In this document: positions 1-11,552 of the stretch, one piece after another
Layout of the letters: every line of letters begins with the position of its first letter
Numbering within the stretch: position 1 is the first letter of the stretch
Assembly (NCBI GenBank): GCA_965649295.1
Contig: CBFGKH010000002.1
Coordinates: 192,001-256,000, forward strand
Reading direction: 5' to 3'
Origin: a candidate division WOR-3 bacterium
GTDB lineage: Bacteria > Hydrothermota > Tepidihabitantia > Tepidihabitantales > Tepidihabitantaceae
Length of the DNA: 64,000 nucleotides
Translations under genes and position numbers: made by a program
Notes under the pieces: model-generated
Told to the model about the DNA's origin: nothing
The model's input: only the letters and a program-made list of their open reading frames with translations
Databases searched by the model: none

Positions 1-1
1 A

Positions 2-703
2 GCGCCAGCCGCGAAGGCGGAAAGTTTCGATGGGGCGATGGCAGTCGGCCTGATGCAGGAAGAGATACGAACCGTCGAGACCGGCATCTCGCTGCAGTAT
101 GTGATACCGGGCCGCGTCAGCTTGAAGAGCGGCGAGGCAGCAAAGAAGCTACCTTTGACCACGGTCAGTCTGCCAGCCGAGTATGAATACCTGGCTGTGC
201 CGCGGATGCGCGAGCAGGCTTTCCTGACCGGCCAACTGGCCAACACCAGCGACTTTGTGTTCATGGCTGGGCAGGCTAACACCTATGTCGGTGATGAGTA
301 CACTGGCTCAACCTGGATTGGCACGGTTGCGCCGCAGGAGTCAGTTCGACTGAGCTTTGGCACCGACGATCGAGTCAAGGTAAAGCGCGAGCTAGTCAAG
401 AGCTTCAAGTCCAAAGGCGGGCTGTTCAGCAAGACCGAGAAACTGAGCTATGTGTATAAGACCACGGTCGAGAACTACCAGCCCAAGCCAATCACCATCA
501 GCATCATCGAGCAGGTTCCAATTTCGCAGCAGGGCGAGGTGAAGGTGAGCGTGACCAAGGTCGAGCCGAAGCCCTACGAGGAGAGAAAGGACATCGGCGG
601 CTATGTCTGGAAGCCGACGCTGGAGACGCGCGGCAAGTTCACAATCAACCTTGAGTTCGCGGTCGAATACCCGGCTGGCCGGCGGGTTGACGGGCTCTAC
701 TAG
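2..703 (+). CDS. DUF4139 / mucoidy inhibitor MuiA-family protein, C-terminal part (5' end outside window)
   Basis: Frame open from base 2; motifs 'YLAVPR..AFLTG.L.NTSDFVFMAG.AN.YVGDEYTG', 'LSFGTDDRVKVKR', 'IIEQVPIS' typical of DUF4139. Confidence 0.8.
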   Translation, partial: APAAKAESFDGAMAVGLMQEEIRTVETGISLQYVIPGRVSLKSGEAAKKLPLTTVSLPAEYEYLAVPRMREQAFLTGQLANTSDFVFMAGQANTYVGDEYTGSTWIGTVAPQESVRLSFGTDDRVKVKRELVKSFKSKGGLFSKTEKLSYVYKTTVENYQPKPITISIIEQVPISQQGEVKVSVTKVEPKPYEERKDIGGYVWKPTLETRGKFTINLEFAVEYPAGRRVDGLY

Positions 704-721
704 TCTTTAGCAGCCAACATT

Positions 722-748
722 GCAGGGCAGGCCACAAGCCTGCCCTGC
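722..748 (+). terminator. Probable intrinsic terminator hairpin
   Basis: GCAGGGCAGGC-CACAA-GCCTGCCCTGC, perfect 11-bp stem 19 nt after the stop; weak U tract. Confidence 0.65.
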
Positions 749-870
749 CGCTTTCTCCTGCGGCTGAACCCGGGCTACCGGGCGGTCCGGTTGAGGCCGC
801 GGGTAGTCCGTTTCGCTATAACCACCTGAACGGTAGTGGCGCATGTTTCGCCAGCGATTTTACTTGGGCT

Positions 871-1264
871 TTGCACCCTTTTTAGGGTGCAAGGCCAGTT
901 CAGATGGTTTGGGGCTAACGCTTGCTTCTGCAAGCTGATAGCTAACTTCTCCGCAAATACCCTCCCCTGTCCCGGGGATGGCTATCGGCGTTCTTAGTAA
1001 GGGTGTCTTCCGCACTGCGTGTGGAGTTCTGTCCGATTCTCTTAGCGATTGTGTCTTGGGCGGAGCGATGGGGCGAACCTGCTATTGAGCCTCTGGTTGA
1101 GCAACCGGCTGACCTTTCTAGGTTCTTCTCGATGGTCTGCCTGGTTATCTCATCGAATGACTAGTCAGAGCAGCCATTGGAGGGCTCTGGGGAGGAACGG
1201 CTGGACTTCTTGTCCAGGTAGCTGTCAGATGTGTCACTGTTGCCATGGTCCAAATGGGTTTGGA
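871..1264. repeat. 12-nt-periodic intergenic element, copy 1 (flank, anchor 967-981, about 24 degenerate units 977-1264)
   Basis: Anchor CTGTCCCGGGGATGG is identical to the reverse complement of 47787-47801; units phased from 977; flank holds inverted repeat TTGCACCCT-tttt-AGGGTGCAA (871-892). Confidence 0.65.
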
Positions 1265-1497
1265 CGGTCGAGGTGAACTACGAAGACAACAGGCACAATG
1301 ATGTCAGAATCCAGGATGCGGGTATCGGCTGGCAGAATGGAGCGGGTTCGGCGACATGAGTTCTGGTATCGGCAATCTGCTATCCTTTGTGTCTCAGTAA
1401 CCGTGGTGGTGAATCCAGGACCGGGCCGAATCGGCGTCAGTGGTGCCGGGCGTGCGGGCCGGTGGAAAGATGGCGTGGTCTGCGCTATTCTCTGGCG

Positions 1498-2796
1498 ATG
1501 TTGACGGTGACGGTGATTGGCGCTGGATTGGCCGGCTGCGAGGCGGCGTTGCAGGCGCGCAGACTGGGCGTGGCGGTGCGGCTTATCGAGATGCGGCCCG
1601 GGCGGATGACCGAAGCGCACGAGACCGGCAACGTCGCGGAGCTGGTCTGCTCGAACTCGCTCAAGTCTGATGAGCCGGGTAATGCGCACGGGCTGCTGAA
1701 GGCTGAATTGCGGCGGCTCGGTTCGAAGCTCTTGGCCAGCGCTGAGCAGGCACGGATTCCGGGTGGCAAGGCACTGGTGGTTGACCGGCAGCGGTTCTCG
1801 GCTGCGGTGCAGGCTGAGCTTGATGCGGCAGGTGTGGAGGTCGAGCGGGCTGAGATCGAGGAGTTGCCAGCCGGCGACGGCGTCACGGTCGTTGCAACCG
1901 GGCCGCTGACTTCGGCAGGGCTGGCAGCCACGCTGGGCCGGGTGCTTGGGGCAGAGCATCTGTTCTTCTATGATGCGATTGCACCGGTGGTGCTGGCTGA
2001 GTCGCTGGACCCGAGTGTCGTGTTTTCGGCGTCCCGCTATGGGGCTGGTAGTGATTATCTCAACTGCCCGCTCGATGAGGCTGAGTATGACCGATTCATT
2101 GATGCGTTGCTCACGGCTGAACTGCATCCGTTGCACGATTTCGAGGCCGGTCATTTCTTTGAGGGCTGTTTGCCGATTGAGGAGATGGCGCGTCGCGGCC
2201 GGCTGGTGCCGGCTTTTGGACCGATGAAACCGGTTGGGCTTTGTGACCCGCGCACAGGCCGGCGGCCGTTTGCGGTGGTGCAGCTTCGGCGCGAGAACAC
2301 CGAAGGTACGATGTATAACCTGGTTGGGTTCCAGACCAGATTGCGCCACTCAGAGCAGGAGCGAGTCTTTCGGCTGATTCCAGGTCTGGGCCAGGCCCGG
2401 TTCTGCCGATTTGGTTCGATGCATCGTAACACTTTCCTTGACGCGCCGAAGTGTCTGCGGCCGACATTGCAGACCAGGGTTAGCGAACAGCTACTCGTGG
2501 CCGGGCAACTGACCGGGGTTGAGGGTTATGTTGAGTCAATCGGGGCTGGGCTGGTGGCAGGATTGAACGCAGCGCGGATTGTGCGGGAGGAGGAGCCGCT
2601 GACATTGCCGGCCGAGATGATGCTGGGCGGACTCCTTTCTTACATCACCACCCCGAATCCTGGTTTCCAGCCGATGAATGCGAACTTTGGCCTGCTGCCC
2701 GCGGTTCGGGCACGAGGCCGGGAGCGGAGGTTGGTTCAGGTCGAGCAGGCGCTTGCTGCGGCCAGTCGGTTTGCCGAGCAGTTCGGGATTGCCTGA
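1498..2796 (+). CDS. trmFO: FAD/folate-dependent tRNA (uracil-5-)-methyltransferase TrmFO (Gid)
   Basis: GAGLAGCEAA FAD motif, ELVCSNSL, FFYDAIAP, FEGCLPIE, YNLVGFQTRL, GSMHRNTF, FQPMNANFG. Confidence 0.96.
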   Translation: MLTVTVIGAGLAGCEAALQARRLGVAVRLIEMRPGRMTEAHETGNVAELVCSNSLKSDEPGNAHGLLKAELRRLGSKLLASAEQARIPGGKALVVDRQRFSAAVQAELDAAGVEVERAEIEELPAGDGVTVVATGPLTSAGLAATLGRVLGAEHLFFYDAIAPVVLAESLDPSVVFSASRYGAGSDYLNCPLDEAEYDRFIDALLTAELHPLHDFEAGHFFEGCLPIEEMARRGRLVPAFGPMKPVGLCDPRTGRRPFAVVQLRRENTEGTMYNLVGFQTRLRHSEQERVFRLIPGLGQARFCRFGSMHRNTFLDAPKCLRPTLQTRVSEQLLVAGQLTGVEGYVESIGAGLVAGLNAARIVREEEPLTLPAEMMLGGLLSYITTPNPGFQPMNANFGLLPAVRARGRERRLVQVEQALAAASRFAEQFGIA

Positions 2797-2802
2797 AAAA
2801 GG

Positions 2803-2836
2803 ACTGCCGGGCCACAACAGTGTGCGGCCCGGCAGT
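2803..2836. terminator. Terminator hairpin between convergent genes
   Basis: ACTGCCGGGCC...GGCCCGGCAGT 11-bp stem; A5 at 2796-2800 gives a U tail for the minus-strand transcript. Confidence 0.7.
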
Positions 2837-2850
2837 AGTAGCGCGAGATG

Positions 2851-4773
2851 CTAGTGGGTCAGAATCAGTTTGGCCTCGGTCTGCTTACCGGCGGAGTTAG
2901 CACGGCAGAAGTAGATGCCAGGCGAGACCAACTGGCCGTGGTCGTCTCGGCCATCCCAGATTGCTGTTCCGGGTTCGAGCTGGCGAATCTGGCGACCGAT
3001 TGCATCACAGATGGTGAAGCCGGTGGGATTAGTAGTTGCAAGCCTGACGGTCTGACCGATGCGGCCAGGATTGGGCCAAGCCTGAATCCGGGCCCGCTGC
3101 GGCTGAGCCGGTATTTCGGCAATCCAGGTGAGCGGATCGTCGGTCACGTATTTGATTGCCCGGCCCGGAGCAAGACGGGCTGCGCCACGATGGTAGGTTC
3201 CGTCAAAGAGGCACTGGATGGCAATCGTGGCGGTCGGGTCCTGGATGCCGACTGTGGCTGAGCCGTAGCCGTTGGTGGTCAGGTATTGGGCGATGAGGAC
3301 GTTGTCGCCGGTAGTAGTGTGGACCGTGGTGTCGTAGATGATGAGCTGGAAGGTCTCCCAGGTGGTGCGCGATGCATAGGTGGGGATGCTGTCGTATTCG
3401 ATAATCAGCCGGTGGTTTTCCGGTTCATGGCGATACCAGATACCGCGGCCTTCAGGCGGATAGAGGTCGTCCCAGTTGAGACAGACCATTGGTGGCATAC
3501 CGGCTGCCGGTAGTGCGGCATTGGTGTAGGTGGCGATGCTGGTACTGCCCGGAGCGACAAAACCGTTGCTGCAGATTGAGAACTGGGTGTAGGTCTGACC
3601 GTAGTAACGCCAGACAAAGCCGGCTGGCAATGGGAAAGTCAGGGTCTGGTCGTCGCCCAAGATGACCTGGGTGCTTGGCATGCCGGCAATCTCAACCCAA
3701 CTGAACTGGGGATGGTTGGGATAGAGCGTGTCACATTCGTCGTAGGCCCAGTAGCGGGGCGGCTGGCGCGGGCCGTCAGGAATCGGGTCCTGAGCGCGGA
3801 TTTCGCCAACCACGACGCGCAGCGTGATGGTATCGTTCCAGGTGCCGGAGATGAGGAGCTGAAGCTCGGCGCTGTGCTCCAGCGGGCAGTTCGGCGCCGC
3901 GGCTAGGCGGAAGGGGGTCGCGGCGTTGTTGCGGGTTGAATCGGGCAGGATGGCAGGATAGGTACAGGTCGAGTCGAGTACGCTGACAAACGGGTCACTC
4001 GTGCGCAGCCGAGCATTGACGACTGTTGCCGGCTGGGTGCCGACATTGCGCAGGCCGATAATATAGCTGGCAGTCTCGCCCGGGTCGAGCTTGCGGTCGT
4101 TGTTGCCGCCGGGCGGCGGGTCGTAGATTGTTCGCTCGCTACAGACGAGATACGGGCCGCTAGCAGTTGAGACTAGGGAGATGTCGTCGGCGAAGACCTT
4201 CGCCGTCGGCGTCCCTCAGCCGGAGTAGGTGTAGCTGTAGAGCGCTACCTCAATCTGGGCGATGTCGCCGGGATTGACGCCCGGCAGGTTCTGGCTGACC
4301 TCGTCAACGACGTTGAGGGTGTAGCGCTGCCAGGCCGGATTGGTGATGCGGTAGAGACTGAGGGTTGGGCTCGGCACCCAGTTGGCATAGGTGGAATAGT
4401 AGTACCGGGTCTCGCCGAGCAGGTTTGAGGCTAGGTCGTAGTAGCAGACGCTGAAACAGGCTGCCGGCCAGCAGGTCGAGACCCCGCCGCTTTCGGCAAA
4501 ACTGGCCCAGAACTCAAGCTGAACAAGCGGACCAGGAACCATTACGGTTTGGCCCAGGCGTGCCCAGCCCGGGTTGTCGTATTGTCGGGTCATCGCCTCG
4601 TAGTCTGGGTCAGGGTGATAGGTGGTCGAGCGGTCGGCTGAGGGCGTGCCAGTGCCGCCGTAGGTGAATGTCCAACCGACCGTCAGCGGTTGTTCAAAGT
4701 CGCCATTGGTCAGCAGATTCTGACCGCCGGCAACCGCCAATAGTAGCGGTAGGAGTAGAATAGTCTTCTGCAA
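2851..4773 (-). CDS. Secreted protein, about 640 aa if the in-frame UGA at 4216-4218 (codon 186) is recoded: signal peptide, CBM4/9-like jelly-roll, Ig-like domain, further beta domain, FlgD/T9SS-like tail
   Basis: ORFs 4216..4773 and 2851..3813 are in the same frame; the 134 codons between them are open and protein-like (GTPTAKVFADDISL...GNNDRKLDPGET...LRNVG); SD AGGAGG before TTG; tail IWDGRDDHG..VSPGIYFCR..KLILTH. Confidence 0.85.
4188..4205 (-). promoter_or_regulatory. Candidate bacterial SECIS hairpin
   Basis: mRNA UGA-GGGACGCCGA-CGGCGAA-GGUC-UUCGCCG: 7-bp stem with GGUC loop starting 10 nt after the UGA. Confidence 0.65.
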
Positions 4774-4797
4774 GGTGCCTCCTTTTTGGCTGAGTAG

Positions 4798-4826
4798 ATT
4801 CTCGCCTGAATCGGCAATCTAGTCAA
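4798..4826 (-). promoter_or_regulatory. Sigma70-type promoter
   Basis: TTGACT-N17-GAGAAT upstream of the AGGAGG SD of the 4773 gene. Confidence 0.6.
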
Positions 4827-4860
4827 GCATCCGAGTGCGACGGGCTTTGGCTGGCCTCCG

Positions 4861-5226
4861 TCAGTCTGGTGCTCGCTTTTCTGGCTGGCGGGCGTCGCGA
4901 ATCATCTCCTCGACACGCTCCTGCTGCGGTTTCTCTTCGGCAATCCGCTGGACATGCTCGAACTCAGCAGCGACCATTGCCCCAAACTCTTCAATCTCGG
5001 CCAGGCAGCGCTTGCCCGACCGGTGGGCAAAACCGCGCAGCGACTCGAGCAGTGATTCGTAACCGCGGTCAGAGGTGTAGCGGGAAAGGACATAGCGGGC
5101 AACAAAGGCACCACAGGCCGCGCACTTGACATAGACACAGGTGTCCTGGCCGGTGCGGACATAGACCAGGTTGGTCATCTGGGTGCCGTGGCAGCGGGGG
5201 CAGCATTCAGCCTTGGCCTTTTCCAT
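4861..5226 (-). CDS. Small zinc-ribbon hypothetical protein
   Basis: CPRC...CAAC pairs, acidic helical C-terminus; SD AGGAG directly after the transporter stop. Confidence 0.75.
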   Translation of the reverse strand: MEKAKAECCPRCHGTQMTNLVYVRTGQDTCVYVKCAACGAFVARYVLSRYTSDRGYESLLESLRGFAHRSGKRCLAEIEEFGAMVAAEFEHVQRIAEEKPQQERVEEMIRDARQPEKRAPD

Positions 5227-5235
5227 AATTGTCTC

Positions 5236-6597
5236 CTACAGATAGCCGAACAGCTTCGACAGGGCCAGGACCACACCGAGCACGACGAACAGGCCAGCGG
5301 CGCAGACGATAGCGCCAGTTAGGGCCATTGTCCGGACCTTGATGAGGCCAGAGCCATAGGCGATAGCGTTGGGTGGTGTTGATATCGGCAGAATCATTGA
5401 CAAGGAGACTGCGATGCCGGCAGCGAGGACAAGCGGGACCGGATGGCCAGAGAGGCCGGCAACGAGCGGCAGCAGCATTGCAGCGGCGGATGTATTGGAG
5501 ATGAAGGTTGTCACGACGATTGCCGCCAGCATTACGACGCCGGCAAGCAGCAGGGGACTGAGGCCGTCGAGGTGGAGCGAGCTGAGCAGCCAATTGGCAA
5601 GGCCGCTACTACGAATTGCAACGCCAAGCGACAGCCCACCGCCCATCAGGATGAGAATATCCCAGCCGATGCGACCGAAGTCCTCGCTATCGAGGAACCC
5701 GAAGCCGGTGAAAATCAGTGCGGGAATGGTGGCAATCACGGCGGACGGAACGTGATGGAGTTCGGTTGTGAGCCAGAGCAGGACAGTGATGGCAAAGACG
5801 GCGATGATTACCTGCTGGTGCCGGTTCAGCGGCTCACGCCGCGACGGGGGCAGGGCCAGTGACCCAGTTCGGGCTGGGAAGCGGCGTAGCAGCAGCCACC
5901 AGATAAACAGAAAAAGCAGCACGGTCACCGGCAATCCGAAGAGCATCCACTGGCTGAAAGAAATGCGGATGCCCTGTCGAGCCAGGATGCCGATGGCGAT
6001 AGCATTGGGTGGTGAGCCGATAGGGGTGGCGATGCCGCCGATGTTGGCGGCGAACGGAATGCCAAGAATTAGGGCGGTGCGGAATGGCTCGTCGTCAGGC
6101 AGGCCGCGGATGATGGTCAGGCCCATGCCGATGAGCAGGGCGGTGGCGGCGGTGTTGGACATCCACATCGAGAGGAACGCGGCGACAAACATCATCCCGA
6201 GCAGGACCCGGCTGGGCCGAGTGCCAGTCCGTTCGAGAATCAGGCCGGCAAGCAGAGTGTCGAGGCCGAACTTACCGAGTGTCTCGGACAGCACAAATCC
6301 GCCGAGGAAGAGCATGATGACGTTGTCGAAGAACGGAGCAATGAAGACCGCCGGTTCGAGTCGCAACGGGCCGGCGAGCAGGAGCACTTCGAGCAGAACG
6401 ACGAGGAATGAGGTCGAGTAGAGCGGAATTGCCTCAGTGACCCAGAGATAGGCAGCCACGCCAATAATGGCGAGACAGCGCCGAGCCGGTTCGGGCAGCC
6501 CAGGCAGCGGCAGGAAGTAGGCAACAACGCCGCAGAGGAGCGCAGCACCGGCGTGCACCAGCCGGCGCCTGAAGGTTGGTTCGGTGGCGTGGGACAT
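5236..6597 (-). CDS. DASS/SLC13-family sodium:anion (di/tricarboxylate or sulfate) symporter
   Basis: Many TM segments; SMWMSNTAATA, ANIGGIATPIGSPPNAIA, FISNTSAAA, LPISTPPNAIAY. Confidence 0.92.
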   Translation of the reverse strand: MSHATEPTFRRRLVHAGAALLCGVVAYFLPLPGLPEPARRCLAIIGVAAYLWVTEAIPLYSTSFLVVLLEVLLLAGPLRLEPAVFIAPFFDNVIMLFLGGFVLSETLGKFGLDTLLAGLILERTGTRPSRVLLGMMFVAAFLSMWMSNTAATALLIGMGLTIIRGLPDDEPFRTALILGIPFAANIGGIATPIGSPPNAIAIGILARQGIRISFSQWMLFGLPVTVLLFLFIWWLLLRRFPARTGSLALPPSRREPLNRHQQVIIAVFAITVLLWLTTELHHVPSAVIATIPALIFTGFGFLDSEDFGRIGWDILILMGGGLSLGVAIRSSGLANWLLSSLHLDGLSPLLLAGVVMLAAIVVTTFISNTSAAAMLLPLVAGLSGHPVPLVLAAGIAVSLSMILPISTPPNAIAYGSGLIKVRTMALTGAIVCAAGLFVVLGVVLALSKLFGYL

Positions 6598-6699
6598 CGC
6601 GTCTTTGGCGTAGTCTAGCCAAAGAGTAGCGGCAGGCAAGCAGCGGTTGCTAGAGGTTGGCCTGCGGGTTGTTGGGGCCTCTGGCGAGTGGTGTTCGGG

Positions 6700-7926
6700 T
6701 CAGTAGCGCCAGCTCAGTTCGAGGCTGAAGAGAGCAGTCGTGATGTTGTCGGTCGGCTCACTGTGCCATTCGGGACCGAGGTCGAGGGTGCCGGTCATTG
6801 CGAGCGCACCCGAACTGGTCCTGGTGATTGTCCAGTCGAGTAGGAGGGAGAGGTTGTCGAATAGGTAGTTGGTGGCGAGGACAGTGGTCTCGGTGAGGTA
6901 TTGACGTTGGCCCAGCCGGTTTTCCAGGGTGAGAGACGCGCGGTCGGTCTCGACAAAGTCTAGCCCAACGACGAGGGCCGGTTCGTTGAAGTTGTCCTCG
7001 GCGATACCGGAAAGGCTGCGGCTGTGACCGATTTCGAATCCAGCATACCAGTTGAGAGCGGTGTTGGGCTGCATTTTCGCCTCGAACCGGAGACGATTCT
7101 CGGCGGTGCCACCGTAGGCTGGCGATGCCGTATCATACGAGACCAGCAACAGCTCGTCGCTAATAGTCAGAGCCAGGTTGTTGGCAAGGCCAAACTCGAG
7201 GCCGGCATCGGCGGCGAGGTCCCAGCAAGCGGGGGTGGTGCCAACTTGGGTGCGACGGGCAATCTCGGCAGTGGTGAGGTAGTGGGGACCTGGGTCAAAG
7301 TAGTAGTCAACCGCAAGTCGTCCAGACTGCTCAACGTAGCCGAGCCGCGGGCTGAACCGGCGACGATGAGAATAGCCAAGCCCGAAACTGGAGAGTTCAG
7401 TGCGGACGAGTTCGAAGTCAGCATCGAACCGGTTGGTCAGATGGTCCTGATTCAGGCTGTCGGGGTTGAGAAAGTGGCCGTATTCGAGTTCGTCAGTGGT
7501 ACGGATGGTCAAGTTGCTGCTGGGTCGAAACGCAAGACTGAGTCGGCCGGTGTTACCCAGGGTACTCTGCTGCCAGTTAGTGTCAATAAGGCTGGGCAGT
7601 AGCCGGTGAAAGATGCGGGCGTCAGCAGCGCTGGCCAGCTTGAGGTCGAACCAGGTTGCCGGACTGAGCGCGAGTTCAAGCCGGGGCTGTTCGACAACGG
7701 CAGCCGAGCCGACGTCAAGGCTGTTGTCAAAGCTAAGGAGCGGGCCGCTGGCGACTGCATTCCAGAATAGGCGGGCTTCTGTTTCGAGCTTGGCAGTGTC
7801 TTTGCTGAAGAGGCGACGGCGAAGAGTATCTTCCTCGATAGTGACATAGCGCTGATTGGTATAGTCGAAGCCAAGGCCAAAGTCGCCGGTCAACCCGACT
7901 GCTAGCAGTAATAGAAGACCGAACAC
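6700..7926 (-). CDS. Probable outer-membrane beta-barrel protein
   Basis: Short signal peptide, alternating amphipathic beta strands, C-terminal ..FSLELSWRY beta-signal-like end. Confidence 0.65.
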   Translation of the reverse strand: MFGLLLLLAVGLTGDFGLGFDYTNQRYVTIEEDTLRRRLFSKDTAKLETEARLFWNAVASGPLLSFDNSLDVGSAAVVEQPRLELALSPATWFDLKLASAADARIFHRLLPSLIDTNWQQSTLGNTGRLSLAFRPSSNLTIRTTDELEYGHFLNPDSLNQDHLTNRFDADFELVRTELSSFGLGYSHRRRFSPRLGYVEQSGRLAVDYYFDPGPHYLTTAEIARRTQVGTTPACWDLAADAGLEFGLANNLALTISDELLLVSYDTASPAYGGTAENRLRFEAKMQPNTALNWYAGFEIGHSRSLSGIAEDNFNEPALVVGLDFVETDRASLTLENRLGQRQYLTETTVLATNYLFDNLSLLLDWTITRTSSGALAMTGTLDLGPEWHSEPTDNITTALFSLELSWRY

Positions 7927-7930
7927 CCGG

Positions 7931-8725
7931 CTATGGGTTTTTCGGTTCCTGGACGATTTCGACTGCCCGATTCAACAGGCGTCGTGCCAGGCCAGCGTCA
8001 GCAAGTGCTGCCTGGTATTGGCCCTGAGCAAAGCTGGTCTGGGCGTTGGCGAGATGAGACTTAGCCTGGTTGAGGAGGGCTGTCGCGGCTGGGGTCGCCG
8101 CCTCCTCGATCACTGCCGACCACTCGCTTATCAGGGCGTTCGCCTCGGCGATGGCCTGTTCAGCCAGGTCTGGGCCGCTGCGAACGGTCTCCCAGGCACG
8201 CAGGGCAAGGTCGCGAGCGGCGAAGGTGAGCTTCAGTGCCCGGCCGAACTGGCGGCTGCGGAGATGAGTGCGCGATTGGGACTGCCAGCGGCGAGCACGG
8301 TTGAGCAGGTCGCGGCCCCGGCTGTTCTTGCTTTGGTCTATCGGCACGCTGACCCGTTCGAGCAGGGCGTCGGTGCGGTCAAGCTCGCGGTTGATTCGTT
8401 CTGGGTTCGACTGCTGACGGACGAGCCGCAAGGCCGACTTGCCGTGCTCACGAGCAGCCAATGTGAACCGGGCAGCAAGTCGGTAGCGACCCCGGCCGAA
8501 GTGGGATTCGGCCGTTGCCTGTTCAGACTGGGCGATGCGCCAGAGCTGCTGGGCTTCGGGAATGCCGGAGCTGTTCACAATCGGCGTGAATTGGGCAATC
8601 AGTTCAGCAGTTCGTCTCACCTCGGCGCGAACACGCTCACGGTTCTGCTGTTGGCCCGAAACGAGTCCAACAGTAAGCAGCAGGGAGATGGTCACTAGTC
8701 GGGCCAGTCGCTGGTAGCTCATCAT
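7931..8725 (-). CDS. Exported alpha-helical repeat protein (three ~75-aa helical repeats)
   Basis: Signal peptide; repeated 'L..A...Q..A......G.Y..A.....AAR' units; start could be 8722, 8725 or 8740. Confidence 0.75.
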   Translation of the reverse strand: MMSYQRLARLVTISLLLTVGLVSGQQQNRERVRAEVRRTAELIAQFTPIVNSSGIPEAQQLWRIAQSEQATAESHFGRGRYRLAARFTLAAREHGKSALRLVRQQSNPERINRELDRTDALLERVSVPIDQSKNSRGRDLLNRARRWQSQSRTHLRSRQFGRALKLTFAARDLALRAWETVRSGPDLAEQAIAEANALISEWSAVIEEAATPAATALLNQAKSHLANAQTSFAQGQYQAALADAGLARRLLNRAVEIVQEPKNP

Positions 8726-8739
8726 TTCAGCTAGCTCCA

Positions 8740-8756
8740 TTGCACGACCCGTGCCG
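8740..8756 (-). promoter_or_regulatory. Probable sigma54 (-24/-12) promoter
   Basis: CGGCACGGGTCGTGCAA (GG-N10-GC); IHF-like TTCAACCGGTTA just upstream (8761-8772); lies directly downstream of the NtrC-type regulator gene. Confidence 0.55.
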
Positions 8757-8853
8757 CACGTAACCGGTTGAAGTTGCTGATGGTCGGCACGGTCAGCGCT
8801 GACCCAATCGGTGCGCGGCTGAACCCGTTAGTCCAGAACTGGCCCACTTCTGG

Positions 8854-10190
<1,337 letters not shown>

Positions 10191-10194
<4 letters not shown>

Positions 10195-11459
10195 AATGGC
10201 AGTCGCACCGTAACAGTTGTACCAGCACCCGGCTGGGAGTCAATTGCCACCTGGCCGCCCAGGCCGGTAATGATGCGACGCACCGAGAAGAGACCAAGAC
10301 CAGACCCCTTCTCTTTGGTGGTAAAGAACGGTTCGAAGACGCGGCGGCGGTGTTCAGGGGGTATGCCGGGACCGTGGTCGTGAACTGTGGCCACGAGCCA
10401 GCGCCGGCGGCCACTGGTCTCAATGCGGGTAGCAATATCAATCGCCCCACCGTCGGGTTGGGCCTGGATTGCATTGAGCAGGATGTTGAGAAACGCCTGG
10501 CGCAGTTCCACCCGACCGGCATTGACCGGCGGTGCTGGCGCAAGGCTGGTTGTCAGGCGGATGGCGTGGTGACTGAGCTCAGAACTGAGGTCGGCGGCAA
10601 GTTCGCCCAGCAGTGCCGGAAGGTCAACCGGTTCAGGGGTACTGGCGCGGGCTGAGCCAAGAGTCAGGTAGTTGCTGATGATTGTATTGAGGCGGTCAAC
10701 TTCCTCGGGGATGTAGTCGAACTGGGGGTCAGGTCCTTGGGCGTAGCGCCGTTTCAGACGCTCGGCCGTTGTCCGGATGATTGCCAATGGATTGCGCAGG
10801 TCATGGGCAACCGCGGCAGATAGCTGCCCGAGCAGGGCCAGGGCATTGGCTCGGCCGGCTGCCTGTTCGAGAGCTATTGCCCGTCGGGTCAGGCCAGCCG
10901 CCACCAGCACCACGGCAACAATTGCCAGCAGACTGAAGAGATTGATGATGAGAACCGTTTGCTGAAAACTGGTCAGCGTGCCAAAGAAGCGAGCGTCGGC
11001 CTCGATGCCGACAACCGCGGCAACGGCACCAAGGGAGTCGGTCAGCGGCGCGTAGGCGGTCTTCAGCCGGGCTCGGCCGGCTGAATAGAGCTGGGATTGG
11101 GCCGGCAGACCGGCAAAGGCAGCAATGATTTCTGCCGCGTCGAGTTCGAGGGTAGCGTCAGTTGAGTCAACGAGATTCGGGTCGCGGGCATTAGCTACGT
11201 AGCGTAGGTCTTCACTCACAATAAAGGCGTTGAACAGTTCGTTCTGGTCGAGCAGTGACTTGAGCAGGTTGGTTACACCGGCCGACTGCCAGTTGGCGCC
11301 GACAGTTGCTGCGAAGGTGACGGCAATAGCCTGCAGTCGGTCACCAAGCTCGGCTTCGAGTGTGGTCCGGGTACGATTGAGCAGCAGCCAGGCCTGGAGA
11401 TTGGCCAGCAGGATGACCACCGCTAGGAGCAGGCCAATCCAGAACAGGGTGCGACGCAT
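10191..11459 (-). CDS. Membrane sensor histidine kinase
   Basis: Two TM helices; H-box AHDLRNPL, N-box NILLNAIQA, DHGPGI, FFTTK, GSGLGL; ATGA overlap with the regulator. Confidence 0.95.
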
Positions 11460-11552
11460 CAGTCACAAGCCTAGAACCAGGCTGCCGTGGGGTCAAGGCA
11501 GATGGTTGTGCACTGGCTTGACTTGTGCAAGCAAAGAGGCAGGATTGACGGC

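Noticed and set aside
1049..1276. Short ORFs over the periodic tracts (1049..1276, 31267..31629, 31407..31673, 47548..47820)
   Set aside because: Low-complexity products, no SD, weak starts, and the equivalent frame is broken by stops in other copies
1234..2349. Long antisense or alternate-frame ORFs (also 5768..6421, 29435..30406, 51427..52302 and others)
   Set aside because: Shadows of well-supported genes in GC-rich DNA with no recognisable motifs
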